DNA from: Trichodelitschia bisporula
Taxonomy: Eukaryota
Assembly: GCA_010356995.1 (NCBI GenBank)
Contig: ML996703.1
Coordinates: 372,001 to 436,000 of the forward strand
DNA length: 64,000 bases
Direction of reading: 5' to 3'
Made by a program: the position numbers and the translations under genes
Shown: piece after piece, positions 23,402 to 35,460 of the stretch
How the letters are laid out: every line of letters begins with the position of its first letter
Position numbering within the stretch: the first letter of the stretch is position 1
Notes under the pieces: generated by a model
Told to the model about the DNA's origin: nothing
Seen by the model: the letters and a program-made list of their open reading frames with translations, nothing else
The model's database searches: none

Positions 23402-25980
23402 CCTGTGCTCGCCAGGTTCCAGCGGACTTGGGTGATGGGAAAGGAGATGCAGTCCGGAAGGCAACCACGCAGGAGGTCAAGTTATACATATCCCAAGACC
23501 AAGGGTTCGGGGGCTGGAGATCGCACAGTTGCGTCTGGGTATAATGACCCGTAACCCCAGCATTGCCCCAGTGCGGGGCCCCGGAAACTCCACGATCCTA
23601 ATGCAGCTATTTCCTGCGCGTGGAGTTGCCATCGAGACTAGGTGAACATCCAGTATGGTGCGAAGTTTCCTTTAACCCGCTGGCCTACCGTACTTAGGGT
23701 AGAGTCCGAAAGAGGCTGCACTAATCGTTAGCCATGCGCCAGCACAGGACCGCATCGGTCGTGGAGACGGACGCGGGGGTGGGGAAAGGCTAGCAAGGAG
23801 CCTTTCTGAAGTCAAGGCTCGCTCACAGCCTGGTTCTCGGCGTGTGGCTCGGGACGGAAAACGTACTCCACCGCCCCGTACGTTGGCAACCAAACTCTGC
23901 GCAGGCAAGGGATGAGTTTATCCAGCGTCCAGAAGAGCATAAAATCGAAAGAGTGTAATTGGATCAAGCAAAGCCTCTGGTATGCCCTGTCCGAGTCAGA
24001 GAACACGCAGCTCGAATTCGTGCCGATTTTGACATCAGGTGTGACACTTGAGGCGCGCCATGTGGACTGTAGATACCAATTTGAAATACACGCGGACCTT
24101 CTCGGACTCCATGAAGAGTGGATACGTTCCCTAGGGAGACTGTGGGGTGCGGAAACGAATTTACGGCCCGGGTGGAGAATACGGGGAAACCTTGAAAAGA
24201 AGTGGAACCTTCTGAAGTCAGCCTTTCCCACCCCACCGCCAAGTCATTGCATCCAACTTCGGCCCTACTTGATGCACACCTCGAGATAAACCGCCGTACC
24301 GTAACTTGGACAGTTCAGTAAGCCAAATCTGTTAATGCCGCTGCTGTTCCCGTTGCATCTCGCTCCTCGTACAGAATCCTAGGACTAGGCTTTGAAATTG
24401 ATACTGAATCCGGTTCGCCGCTGGGCAGCATAAGACCGTGGTGACCTCGAGCAGAGCCGAAGGCTAGCGATCAAAGGCGTAATTATCCGAGAATCCGGCC
24501 GATGGTTCGCTTAGACGGCTTTCCCGCCGCCGCACTTGCACGGACTGTGCCGATTCCCGCGTGAGCCATGCGACTCGGGACGCTAATTGGCAAGCCAGAT
24601 GGTTGAGGCGGTACGACATCACAAAGATCCCAACCCGGAGGCCGCCTCCGGCGTCTAAGCGTGGCTACGACTGTTCAAACTGCCAAGGAGCAAACGAATG
24701 CTTCATGAAGCATCCGCGAACTGGGAGATGCGGAATACATGCCTATCGGCATGCCGGAGCTGATTGTTCAATTCGTGATCGCTTATACGCACAACCGCCG
24801 GAGGCGAATACAGCTCAGAGGCAGGTCATTGGACGAAGAGAGCTTGCCGGTACTATCTACATCCGTAGTGGCCGCAGTAAGCGCCAGGCGCTCAAGCGCC
24901 GCACGGTCGCTCGTGGCTTACGCGTGCCGAGCACATGGTGTGAAGTACTACCGTAATTCAGTCAAAAATGGTTGGTTCGGCGAGATTCCGGAGGTGGCCA
25001 GCAGACTGCAAGCGAGGGACGGACCTACGGTACTCAGACTACGGTAGACTTCAAAGTCTACGGTAGCTCGGATTTGCGGCTCTCCGGCACCAAAAACTGC
25101 CGAAGGATCGTCAGCAGTTCAAACCTGAGCTAAAGCACGTGGGGGGCAGCATGCTAGAGTCCATGGTGATCTGGAAGCTTTGGCATGCACGGCATGCTAG
25201 TTCTAGCTGAAGAATCCAGGCTCGCGAATGGCTATCCATTCGTGGTTGTGTGACGTCGCATGAACCACCATATCTCGATCCAGTATTTGTGTACCATCGT
25301 GGTGTCTCATCGTGGTGTCTCACCGTGGGCTCCTTCAGGGCATGTATATCTCTAGTTTTGTATCTGCAGCTTTACTTTCAAGCTGATATGGCAGCTCGGC
25401 GTCTGCTCAAGAGTTGCTCAGAATGGCTAGGAGCTCCATCGAGGAAGTTGGCGAGTGGCGAGTGGCGGCAGCAAGCCTATGAATGTCAAGCTGGTGAAAG
25501 TTCTGAAGTGAGGTGTGCGGAGTTCATGGGCAAAGATATATGATCAGGAACCCGCTCTGCTTTTGAAGGTCTTCGGAAGACCTTACAGGGGCAGGGAAAT
25601 CACTGACCATTTGTGTCACTATCGGCTTTTTCCTCCCTTGAGCTGATTTCCTAGCTACGCTCTTCGAAAATAAGCGGAAAATGATCTCAAGTTCAAATTC
25701 ACCTCTTCCACATTTGGATCTTCATGATGGACAAGCAAACGTCGGCACTATGAAAGGCTCTTCAGGAGTCCGGATAGTATGCATGTGCCGCATTCTGGCA
25801 GTGTTAACAAGGCGGTCGTCATGGACATCTCGACAATATCATGCGGCTGGGCAGGACCATGACGGTTGATTGGCCAACCTTAAACATCCCATCCGTTCGC
25901 TTGTACAACCATCTTGATATCGGAAGCTGCGGCCAGTCCGTGAAAACAGCTAAACAACCTGCTCCTCTCGTCTCGCCACC

Positions 25981-27132
25981 ATGTCCGTAGTCCTCTACGC
26001 CATAAAAGACATCATAACCGACTACCAAAGCGGCGCCAGTGACCTCGCCATCCAAGCTCTACAGGCGCTCGAAGAGCTCAACGATAAATACCTATCCTCA
26101 AGCCTTCACCCCGATGAACGATGGAACCAACTGTGTGCCGCAGGCCTAGCCCTGGGAACGTGCCGGCCAGCCATGGGGGCCGCCATCTTGGGCGTCATAA
26201 GCCAGGCCCTCGTCGATGTCCGCTCCGAATGGGACAGAACCGGAGCAAGGCGCAAACGCGACGACGGGGATGATACGTACGCCCAAGCCTTTGCCGGTCT
26301 TGCCCTCGGCTCGGCCGTGAGCGCAGAATACCGTCTCATACCTCGCATCACCGACCAATTCATCGCCTACGTCAGGCAACTCACAGCCCACACCAACCCC
26401 CCCACCCCCCTCCGCATCCTCACCCTCTCCTCCTCCTCCACCCTCCTGCAGTGCCTCTCCTCCGCCATCTTAGACCACAACACCGCCCCCTTCGACATCT
26501 GCATCCTCGAGTCCCGCCCCGGGTGTGAGGGCGCCGCCTTCGCGCTCTCCCTCCTCGACATGCTCGAAGAGAACCCACTTTTCAGTCACCGCGCTACCGT
26601 CACCGTAGCCCCGGACTCCCATGCCGCGCTCCTGGCGCAGGACGTCGACCTCTTGCTCCTGGGTGCGGACCACATCGCGCCCAACGGGGACGTGTGCAAC
26701 AAGACAGGCAGCCGCGTAGCGGCCAGCGTCGCGCGGGCCGTGAGGCCGGATTCGCGGGTCGTGGTTGTGTCGCAGACGAGCAAGATCACCAACGACCATC
26801 GCGAGCCCGAGGAGCATGACGCCGAGGAGGTTACGCGGATGTGGGAGGGTGTGGATGCGGAGCAGCTCGCGCGGTATACGGCGAGTGGGGCGCTGCGCGT
26901 CAAGAATGTCTACTTCGAGTATGTTCCCGCGGACCTGATTGATGCGTACATCACTGGGCATGGTAAGCTGGATGTGGAAGATATTCAGAGCATTGCGGAG
27001 CATCGGAAGAAGCGTGAGGAGGACCTATTCAGCAGCAGTGAAGTGCAGGAGGAGGCACGGAGAATGATAAAGGTTGCGGATACAAGTATCGAGAAAGACA
27101 AGCAAAAAAGCGAGAGGATTGGCAGAGCCTGA
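25981..27132 (+). CDS. eIF-2B alpha/beta/delta-like (NagB/RpiA/CoA-transferase fold) protein
   Basis: SGASDLA, CRPAMGAAI, ILTLSSSST, ILESRPGCEG, LLLGADHIAPNGDVCNKTGS and NVYFEYVPADLIDAYIT. Intronless, 383 aa. Confidence 0.85.
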   Translation: MSVVLYAIKDIITDYQSGASDLAIQALQALEELNDKYLSSSLHPDERWNQLCAAGLALGTCRPAMGAAILGVISQALVDVRSEWDRTGARRKRDDGDDTYAQAFAGLALGSAVSAEYRLIPRITDQFIAYVRQLTAHTNPPTPLRILTLSSSSTLLQCLSSAILDHNTAPFDICILESRPGCEGAAFALSLLDMLEENPLFSHRATVTVAPDSHAALLAQDVDLLLLGADHIAPNGDVCNKTGSRVAASVARAVRPDSRVVVVSQTSKITNDHREPEEHDAEEVTRMWEGVDAEQLARYTASGALRVKNVYFEYVPADLIDAYITGHGKLDVEDIQSIAEHRKKREEDLFSSSEVQEEARRMIKVADTSIEKDKQKSERIGRA

Positions 27133-27288
27133 TCATACTTTATATAGGTACAGTGTTGATATCCTTAGCTCTTTCCATTCGACTTCCTGGTTACTTCCCC
27201 AGCTATGGATTCTCCTCTCAAGAATAAGAATGTTCCTTCCAATGTAAGAATACTCCTGCCCTAGTAACTGATGGGCCGGCAAAAAAGC

Positions 27289-27372
27289 TGGACACAGGGG
27301 GAATTGAACCCCCGACCTTTCACATACCCGCACGGATGCGAAGCGAAAATCATACCGCTAGAACATGCGCCC
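27289..27372 (-). tRNA. tRNA-Ala(CGC) with a 12-nt intron
   Basis: Reverse complement GGGCGCATGTTCTAGCGGTATGATTTTCGCTTCGCA[TCCGTGCGGGTA]TGTGAAAGGTCGGGGGTTCAATTCCCCCTGTGTCCA. It has the G3:U70 alanine identity pair, a 72-nt mature length and a T6 terminator at 27281-27286. Confidence 0.92.
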
Positions 27373-28050
27373 TTGACACATCTGGTCCGATTGATGAAGA
27401 GATTTTCAGACTGCCCGGTAGTGCGTGAGTCGAGAACAGCTCCATCTAACCGGGTTAGTAAGCGCTAGGTAGGAGCTGGCGAGTGATATGAAGCAGGTCT
27501 GCGAGGATTGAAGTTTATGGTTGGACTTTCTGCTGGGCTTTGATTGCGGCGAAAGTGGAGTTGGAAGTATACACGCCGGTTCTAACACGGTAGAGTTAGA
27601 AGTGCACCGAATGCATGTGATCTTGAGCGTTAGAAAGGCGTTGACATCGAACTAGAAAGGCTGAAGGTAAGAAGACAAGCATTCGATTGCCTCTAGAGCA
27701 GTTCATATGTAAAGCAGCCATGAATCAGCAAGTTGCCTCGCGAGCCTTGCACTTTACCGGCTCCTTTCTGTCACGAACTGCTTTGCTCACGGGGTCTGAT
27801 CTGCTCTTCAGGTCGCATATGCATACCATGGCGGGAAGTTTGCCCATCATGAGCGAGCCACCACAGCTAGAGTCGGGTCCATAGACCCCCTGACTGCCTG
27901 TGAGCTTCGTACCGCAGCCTTATCAGTTGCTGCTTTGGACATCACCGCCTCTCAACCGTTAGCCGTATAAAGACGTCCCATCGACGACTTACAAGCCGTA
28001 CCCACAAGTTCTGCAGACCTTGCCAAACCACACTTAAACTTCATAACCCT

Positions 28051-28819
28051 TCAAAGCCCCTTAAGCAACCTCCTTGCCAACTCCCTCTGCTCCCCCTCCC
28101 CCAACCCCTCCCGATCAACCATCTGCACCGCCCGCCCCACCGCCAGCACAACAGGCACCTCCCCCCCCCCCCCCACCCAAACCCGTCCATTCCCCCCCAC
28201 CGCCACCTCAAACCCAACCTTCTCACTCATAACCTCGAGCACCACAACCCCCCCCCTCTTCCCCATCATCAACCTGCGGGCAAACGCAGTGCTAACATCA
28301 AACACCATCCCCCCCTTGAGTGGGCCAAGCCCATCCCCCTTCCCCGTCCGCTGATTCACACACTCCAACTCCGCCTCCACGTGCCGCCCATCGCTGACAA
28401 CCCGCGCATACACCACCGCGCCGGGCTGTAGTTGGGGACGATTTTTCTTGTTCGCACCTTCAAAGGCGAGGATCGGCAAGGCGGCTGTGGCGGCGTACGG
28501 CGTGATCGCGCACGTGAAGAAGTCGCCGCCGCCGCGGACGACGGTTGCGATGACTAGATCGCCCACATGCGGTGTATACTATAAGCAGATCAGCCTCCAC
28601 CTGGTACTTTAACACTGCCGCACTCACCCGCCCACCCGCATATTCCACCCACACGGCATTCTTCCTTGCGTCGGAGCTTAGTAAGCCGGCGACGGATGCG
28701 CTGATTGAGGACGGGGGCGTGTAGCGCAGCCCGGGGCCGAGTTTGAGGTCTGTTGTTGAGGTGGAGAGGAGGGAGGGGTCGATCGGGTCGCCGGGGAGGA
28801 CGACTTGCGCGGTGGACAT
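28051..28819 (-). CDS. RRP40: Exosome complex cap subunit Rrp40 (S1/KH)
   Basis: VVLPGD...LKLGPGL, R|YTPHVGDLVIATV, LAFEGANKKNRPQL and FEVAVGGNGRVWV. Intron 28579-28627. Confidence 0.92.
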
Positions 28820-29243
28820 GGTGATGGTTGCTTTGTTGGTGTACGCAACGTATGAGCGTAGTGGGATGAGGTCGCGAGGTGCAGACGCGGTAATGGTGCA
28901 CGGGCCTTACGGGGATTTTTTTGGGCGGGGAATTTTGCGGATGCGGAGGTGGTGACGTCGGTGGATTATGGGGGGTGGGGTCAATACTGTCTTGGGTCAG
29001 GTATCAACATTTATCGGATAGAAAGCAGAGACGCGGTCAATTTTGAGACTGTTATGGCTATGGGGTGCACGGAATGCATCCCAGCCTATCTGAGTTCGCT
29101 TCCTTCGCGGGGCGATGACAGGTAACCATCCCCCACGATAGCTGCATCAACCCCACCAAACAAGCACATTACTACGGCAATCCGCATGATCACAAAGCCA
29201 GTCGGCTTCAATTAACCCTCTAGAGCGGCGAAGCTAACCTCCC

Positions 29244-32230
29244 TTACCCCTCGATCCCAAAAACATCCACAACACCATTCCACTCCCCACGAGCCCTACA
29301 CTCCCAATACGCCTCCCTCCCCCCCTTCAACCCCCAAACCTCCTCCCCCTCCTCCTCGCCCACCTTGACAAACCACTTCGGCGTCCACCCCTCCCCCCTC
29401 TCCTCCATCTCCCTCCTCCTCACCCTCTGCGCCTCCTCAAGCCTCGCCTTCTCCTCCTCCGCCCTCGCCATATGCCCCTCCTCCACACTCCTCAAATCCG
29501 GCCGTAAGCGCGAGTCCGTAGGCGGCAAATGCCCCTCCTCCACATCCGTAACCTCATTCAACCCCGCCGCAAACACTGTAAATCCATACCGCTGCGCCGC
29601 GCCGTCAACCAACTGCCCCGCCTTCCAGATTACTCGCTGCTCGCCCCCCGTCTCCCGCAGCTCAGACGTCCACTTCCCCGCCAGGCCCTGGGGCCTCAAC
29701 TCCCCGCGCTCATCAAAGCACTGCACGCCCACCTCCTCAGACCGGCCAGCGAACATCCCACCCGCCTTGAACGACGCAACCGCAGTCCCCCCATCGGCGT
29801 GGCAGCGAATCGTCATCGTGCTCACCGGCTCAACGTACTTCTCGCCCGCAATGACATTGCGCAGGAAACTCGTCGCCAGCGTCCAGGAATATGCCTCACC
29901 GCCGCGCGCATGGAGCACGACGCGTGCGCGGCCTTCGGTGTTGATTTCCGCGGACTTGCCCCAGAATTTCTGGACCGGTAGGGGAGCCTGGAGGAAGGAC
30001 CAGGCCTGGGCGTCGGCCTGGCAAGCCATTTGCACTGGCCTGTGAGACACCTTCTCGGCCACGAAGCGGAACCCTTTGTCTTCCCGCACCAGCTCGTACG
30101 TCTCGCCGAGCATAGGGTTGAAAGGCTTACGTGCCGCTCGCTCCTTGACGCGGTTCGAGGAGAAACTGGCGACAGCAAACGCAGCGATGTAGAGCAGGCG
30201 CTGGGCGGGGTCGCCATTCGCAGCTGCCGCGTCGAGAAGCTCGCTGTACTCCAGTTGCTCGGCGACACGCTGGAGGAGCGAGGTTGGTTCGTTGGCTGAC
30301 ACAGGCATGGCGATGGTGCTGAGGTCTTTGCCGACATTTTTGCGGAGGAAGCTGATCAGGCTCGGTGGGGAGACTTTGGCGGGAGGAATGGTGGTGCGGC
30401 GTTTGATGGGCGAAAGGGGTAGGGGCGTTAGGGACTTTGGTTTTGTAGGGAGGAGTGGATTTGCACCGGATGGGCGCTGGAAGGCAGCGTCAGGGGCACT
30501 GCTCGACTCGGACGACGAGTCTGACGTCACGGACCGGTCATCATCATCTGGCTCCTCGCTGTCACACCGAATAGTTAGAAGTTGAGAGCGGCTTTGGTGT
30601 CCCGCATCCCCCTCCGTCGCATCGTGCGCGTCGAAGAACTCGTCCGATGACACAGAGCCGATGCTCGGGCGGCGTCCGAGTGGGGACATGGTGCTTATGC
30701 GACGCTGCTTGGACTCAGACAGCAGCGTCGAGAACTGCGCAACGGCCTGGTCGAGATCCTTGAGAATGGCCATACACCGCTGGTGCATGCCCTCCTCGTG
30801 CCCGCCTCGCGACGGCTGGCTCGCCGTGCGCGGCGATGGCTGCACGCTGCTGGGCGTGGGCGGGTAAGCGCCCGGAACGGCAAGCTGTGACGATACGGTA
30901 CGGCGGAACGCGGCAGCGGGGCTGGCATTGGTGCTGCTGGACTTGCGTTTCCAAAACGGTAGCTTTTCGCTCGACTTGCCCTCCTCCCCGAAGTAGTCGA
31001 ACGAGGTCGCCTCGGGCCCCGGACTCGAAATCGGGAGCCCTGGCGTTCCCGGAGCTGTGTATTTCGGGTCCGTGTCCTGCGCGAGCCGCCGCACCGAGTC
31101 CCGGATCCCCGAGACGCGGCTTACGAGCTCTTCGGCACGCTGCCAATGCCGGTCACTGATGACATCGGCCTGGCGCGCGGGTGCAAGATTCGTCCTGGAT
31201 GCGACTGGCGAGGGCGAAAGGGAGCTCGCAACCTGGGACGCGCGCTCGAGCGCATCACGCCATGCGATAAAATCGCGCTGATTACCCGCCTTGAGGTGCC
31301 ATATCTCAGCCCCCGAATCGATAGTTATGATGCGCCCCGACTCGCTCGTACTAATCGCAGCGAGGGAAAGCGGAATGGCGCCGCGCAGAGCGGAAGAGTG
31401 ACGGTTGCGGTAGTAGGACAGCGTTGAGGTCGTAAAGTCGAGCGAGAAATAGCGGCGCGCAAACGAGTTGTGGCCCTTGCGGCGCTTCTTCTGCAGCACG
31501 CCAGTGTAAAAGGTAGAGCCGCCCACGCTGCGAGACTCAACGGCGTGGCCAGAGCGTGGGCGCGGGTCCGCGAGTGTGAGCTTCGGACCATCCTGCGGAA
31601 GGGAATCGGAGGACTCAGTGGCTGCGAGGGCAGGGCTTGAGCCAGCTACTGTAGTCGCGGCAGACGCCTGGGAGAAGTGTAGGTGACCGGAGCGGGGAGG
31701 TGAGTCGGTCGGGTAGGTCATGAGCACGAAGGTGACGGTCTTGGAGACCTGCTTGGAGAAGGTGTTATCGAACACCAGCGCGTACATGCCACCCTCACCC
31801 TCCAGCACATCATGGCTGCCGATTGTGACCTTATCCGCCTCGCATTTGCCGGTCCAGGCAACGGTGCGCAGGCCTACGGCCTCAAGCTTCTGCACGACGG
31901 TGGTGTTGTCATTGCGCGAAGCGCGGCGCTTGCTGTGCGAGCCATCGTTGCCGGCTGAAGAGGGCGGGTCGAATGTGTCTGGGGTTGAAGCGTCGGAAGG
32001 GGGGAGGTTGGGCGTCGCGAGACTGCTGCCGCCGGGGTGTTTGAAGAGGCCAAAGTTGAGAGACTTCTTGTGCGGTTGGAGGCTCCACGATATGGTGTGG
32101 CCTGCGGAGACATGGACCCAGCGCACGAGGTACGACTGAGATAGGTGTCAGTAATACGAAGTGTTACAGGAGCTAAAGAGAGAGAGAAACGTGCCTTGCT
32201 GTGCACCTCGAGCTGCTCCATGCCAACCAT
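29244..32230 (-). CDS. OSH3: Oxysterol-binding protein homologue (GOLD + PH + ORD domains), Osh3 type
   Basis: GOLD domain (YALVFDNTFSKQVSK), PH domain (GVLQKKRRK...RRYFSLD) and ORD signature EKVSHRP with KPFNPMLGETYE and PTDSRLRPD. The first exon MVGMEQLEVHSK is joined through intron 32136-32194. Confidence 0.93.
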
Positions 32231-33652
32231 GGTGGTCGATGGTGGGGTGTGAAACGTGCAGCGGGAGAGGATGAGAGCAACAGACGTGAGATGGAGGATC
32301 AAAGACGCGTCACCATGAAGAATACGAGTTTAGTGTTGTAGTAAGGGTGCGGATGTTTGCAGGAAGTTTATGAGAATGCGCAGGAGTTGGTGTTTGTCGC
32401 ACTGGTGAGTGAGGCAAGCACCCTAAGCTCTCAGCTCCACTTTCCAAGAAACACCAAAGAGACGGGGCGACTGCTGGGCATCGACGCCGTCATAGTTCTT
32501 GATTTTAACTGTTCAGTTTCTCCCACGCTGGAGGAGCTTACTATTCACAGATGGACCAAGGCAGAAAAAAAGACACGAAGAGGAGCGAAAGGATATATTC
32601 ACAGCCTCCGCCATTCGCCCGTACTCGCTTTTACGGATGTACTCCTCACAGCCACTATCACACCGACCCAGCCGCAACCGGCGCAACTATTCCCTCATCG
32701 TCGTGCAGAAGTTCGGCCGTTCAAGCAGTTACCGTAACAGCGTACAGCATTGACAATCATCATGCCACACTCCAGTCGGCTTCGGCGATAACCCTCACAT
32801 TCCACTTCTTCATTCCGCGTCCAGCATGTGAAGCATCACGAGCACCCTCTTCGACCTCTCCCTCGATCTTCCCTACCGTAAGCCGACCGTGTCCATTCCA
32901 GGCACCACATTACCGTACTGTACAGCCCCAAACCCCGCTCGGGATGCGGCGGGTTAACATCCCACACGCTATCCGCAGTCGTCGGCATGGCATTGCTGAC
33001 GGGCAGCGGCGTGATTGCCATTGGCGGTATCTGAAGCTGGGCTTCAGCTCGGAGCCGATGCCTGCACTCTGACGTCGTGAGAACTGACCCCAGGTTCGGA
33101 CCCGTGGTACTGTACCGTAGTCGGATATCAATCTGAATCGAGTTCTTCGTCAGTCTGGTTACGGAATATTCGAATGCAATTACCCGCGTCTACCGGAGAA
33201 TACAGACGAGCCTTCACAGAGCAGCGATCCGCCGGGTGTTTCATCGGAGATCCGGTATGAGCGCCACTTATGATGTGGCTACCCGTTGAAGGCGCATGAA
33301 CGAAACGCCATGCCTTACCGTAGACAACACCCCGCAACCACGATATCTCCCCCAAACTGCCATTCCATCTGCCACCCCATGACCTTACCAAGGCATAACG
33401 CAGGTCACATAACCCACACCGAACATGCCAACGGCAATCAACCCGTCGCACCTACCCCCAACTCACATCCCATGTACGATCCACCAATGCGCTTTCCCGG
33501 ACCAGCCTGCCCCGCGCATTCCATCTAGCAAAGTACTCGATATGAATTATTTTCCGTGCGGCCCGAGCAGTCCCCATCATCATAATGCCCAGATTACCCG
33601 CCCGTCTACGTCCAAACACTCCTTCTTTTCGCGTTCCGTCTCTCGTTCTACG

Positions 33653-34887
33653 ATGCGTATCGCTGCGCTCCTTCTCACAGCCGTGACGCTCGCGTCCGCG
33701 ACACAGATTGTGGTTGAAGATGAAGTAGCAGCAAGCTGTGGCTCCTGGCCTGGGTGGGCCGGTATCCGTACCCTCTTCATCTTGTCCGTACCAAACTCCC
33801 TGATCCAAGGCACTTACTTACCCCCTCAGCGGTAACTCCTACACCGCAATGGGCTTCGAGACTTCGGGTACTGCCCCGAATGCCCAGAACCCATTCGGCA
33901 ATCCACCTTACCCGTAAGTCCCAACTCCACATACACGGCAGGACTGACCACAGCAGAGGCTGGACGAGCGCAAAGTGAGCCCATCATCTGCGCGAAAGAA
34001 TGCCACATCTAACCCTCCAGCAACCAACCCGTCTGGCCCGGCTACCTAACCATGCGCTACAACGCCAGCAAGATCCTAGCCTACAACCTCGCTTACGGGG
34101 GCGCAACCGTGGACGGTACGCTCATCAAGTCGTACGTCCCCACCGTCGCCTCCGTAGGCGACCAAGTCGAGAAAAGCTTCCTTCCGCTCTACGCCCAGAA
34201 CAAGTCCCTCTGGGCCCCAGAGAGCTCCCTTTTCGCCATCTGGATTGGCGTCAATGACGTCGGCAACTCCTACTGGGGAAAAAACAGCAGTCTCATCGAC
34301 GCCGTGTTCACCCGCTACAGCAACCTACTTGGTGAACTCTACGCTGCCGGCGCAAGGAACTTTGTCTTCCTCGATGTGCCACCGCTGCAGCGCACGCCGC
34401 TCACGAAGGCGGGCCCGAAGGAAGGAATCCCGCTCGAGGAGGCTGCGGTGAAGGACTGGAATAAGCGCTTGGGTGCCATGGTGGACACGCTGCGGAAGCG
34501 CTCTGGCGTGACTGCGTGGATAGTGTCGTCGTACACCATCTTCGATAAGGCGATGGATAACCCAGCTGCTTATAAGCAGACGGCTGGCTTGAAGGACACC
34601 GGGTCGTTTTGCGAGGCGTATGGCAAGTACGTGGTCCCAACCCTTCTGTACACGGTAGGGAGAGGAGCTAATAAAGCAGGGGCACTCCCAAGCCGGATAC
34701 CAAGCTCGCGGATTGCAAGTACAAGGTGAATGAATACTTTTGGTACAATAACTTGCATCCGTCGACGGCAGTGCATGATGCCGTCGCCGCGGAGGTTGCG
34801 CGTGCGCTCAAGAGCATTCCGGCAAGTACCGGGGTGTGCCGGTATGCCGATAGCTTCGGAGGGAGAAGGAGGAGGGTACGGATGTAA
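33653..34887 (+). CDS. Secreted SGNH/GDSL hydrolase, carbohydrate esterase family 16-like acetylesterase
   Basis: Signal peptide MRIAALLLTAVTLASA, then FIFGNSYT (block I), YNLAYGGATV, WIGVNDV, GARNFVFLDVPPL and YFWYNNLHPS. Four introns, including an 18-nt micro-exon at 33957-33974. Confidence 0.85.
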
Positions 34888-35034
34888 GCCGAATACTCCA
34901 GCGCGCAAAATAGTAGTTGAAAATTTCCATAAAAGGTCCAATTGAATCTCTTGACTTAAACTGCAACGTGAAAATATGAAGCTTATGGAGCACAGCAAAA
35001 AGGCTGGTGATGAAAAAAAAACATCTCAGGGCAT

Positions 35035-35126
35035 TGAACCCGACCCGACTTGAACGGATAACCTTCTGGAGACTCGTGTCATTCCATTTACTGGAATCAG
35101 ATGCGCTACCGTTGCGCCACGGGTCC
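35035..35126 (-). tRNA. tRNA-Trp(CCA) with a 20-nt intron (35071-35090)
   Basis: Reverse complement GGACCCGTGGCGCAACGGTAGCGCATCTGATTCCAG[TAAATGGAATGACACGAGTC]TCCAGAAGGTTATCCGTTCAAGTCGGGTCGGGTTCA. The intron TGGAAT pairs with the anticodon loop, and a T9 terminator follows. The 31-39 pair reads A:C. Confidence 0.9.
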
Positions 35127-35460
35127 GTTAGCCTGTTTGATGCTGTGGTTTGCCGAGCGTGCGATTTTCATCGCCGAAAGTGGGCGCTGTGGGTCCGAGG
35201 TGCGATATTTGCCGAGCTCGCGCGGCTGAGCTGTGGGATTCGGCCGCTTAGCCGAGCGTTGCGATTCGCTGGGATGCTTCCGCTTTGGGTATATCAAGGC
35301 CATTCCTAAACCGTACGTGAATTCGGAACTGCACGATGAGAATGCACGAAGTGAATCTCGCGACTGTGGCCGGTCTATGACTAGCCTTCGGTACCAATCT
35401 TCGCACCCCTAACCCTTCTATCAGCGCCTCCCAGCCCCTACCCCATCCACGCTCATAGCC

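Noticed and set aside
23630..25980. Short ORFs (for example 23912-24289 and 24739-25047) as genes or a transposon relic
   Set aside because: No recognisable domains, terminal repeats or AT-rich RIP signature. Treated as intergenic.
21394..27132. Secondary-metabolite cluster around the TRI12-like pump
   Set aside because: No PKS, NRPS, terpene cyclase, P450 or other tailoring gene is present in the window.
18718..28819. Functional cluster of exosome genes (LRP1 and RRP40), or a wider RNA-processing cluster with SPT2, RTF1, U2 and cyclophilin H
   Set aside because: The genes are separated by unrelated loci, and such functions are common in housekeeping regions. No shared motif was seen.
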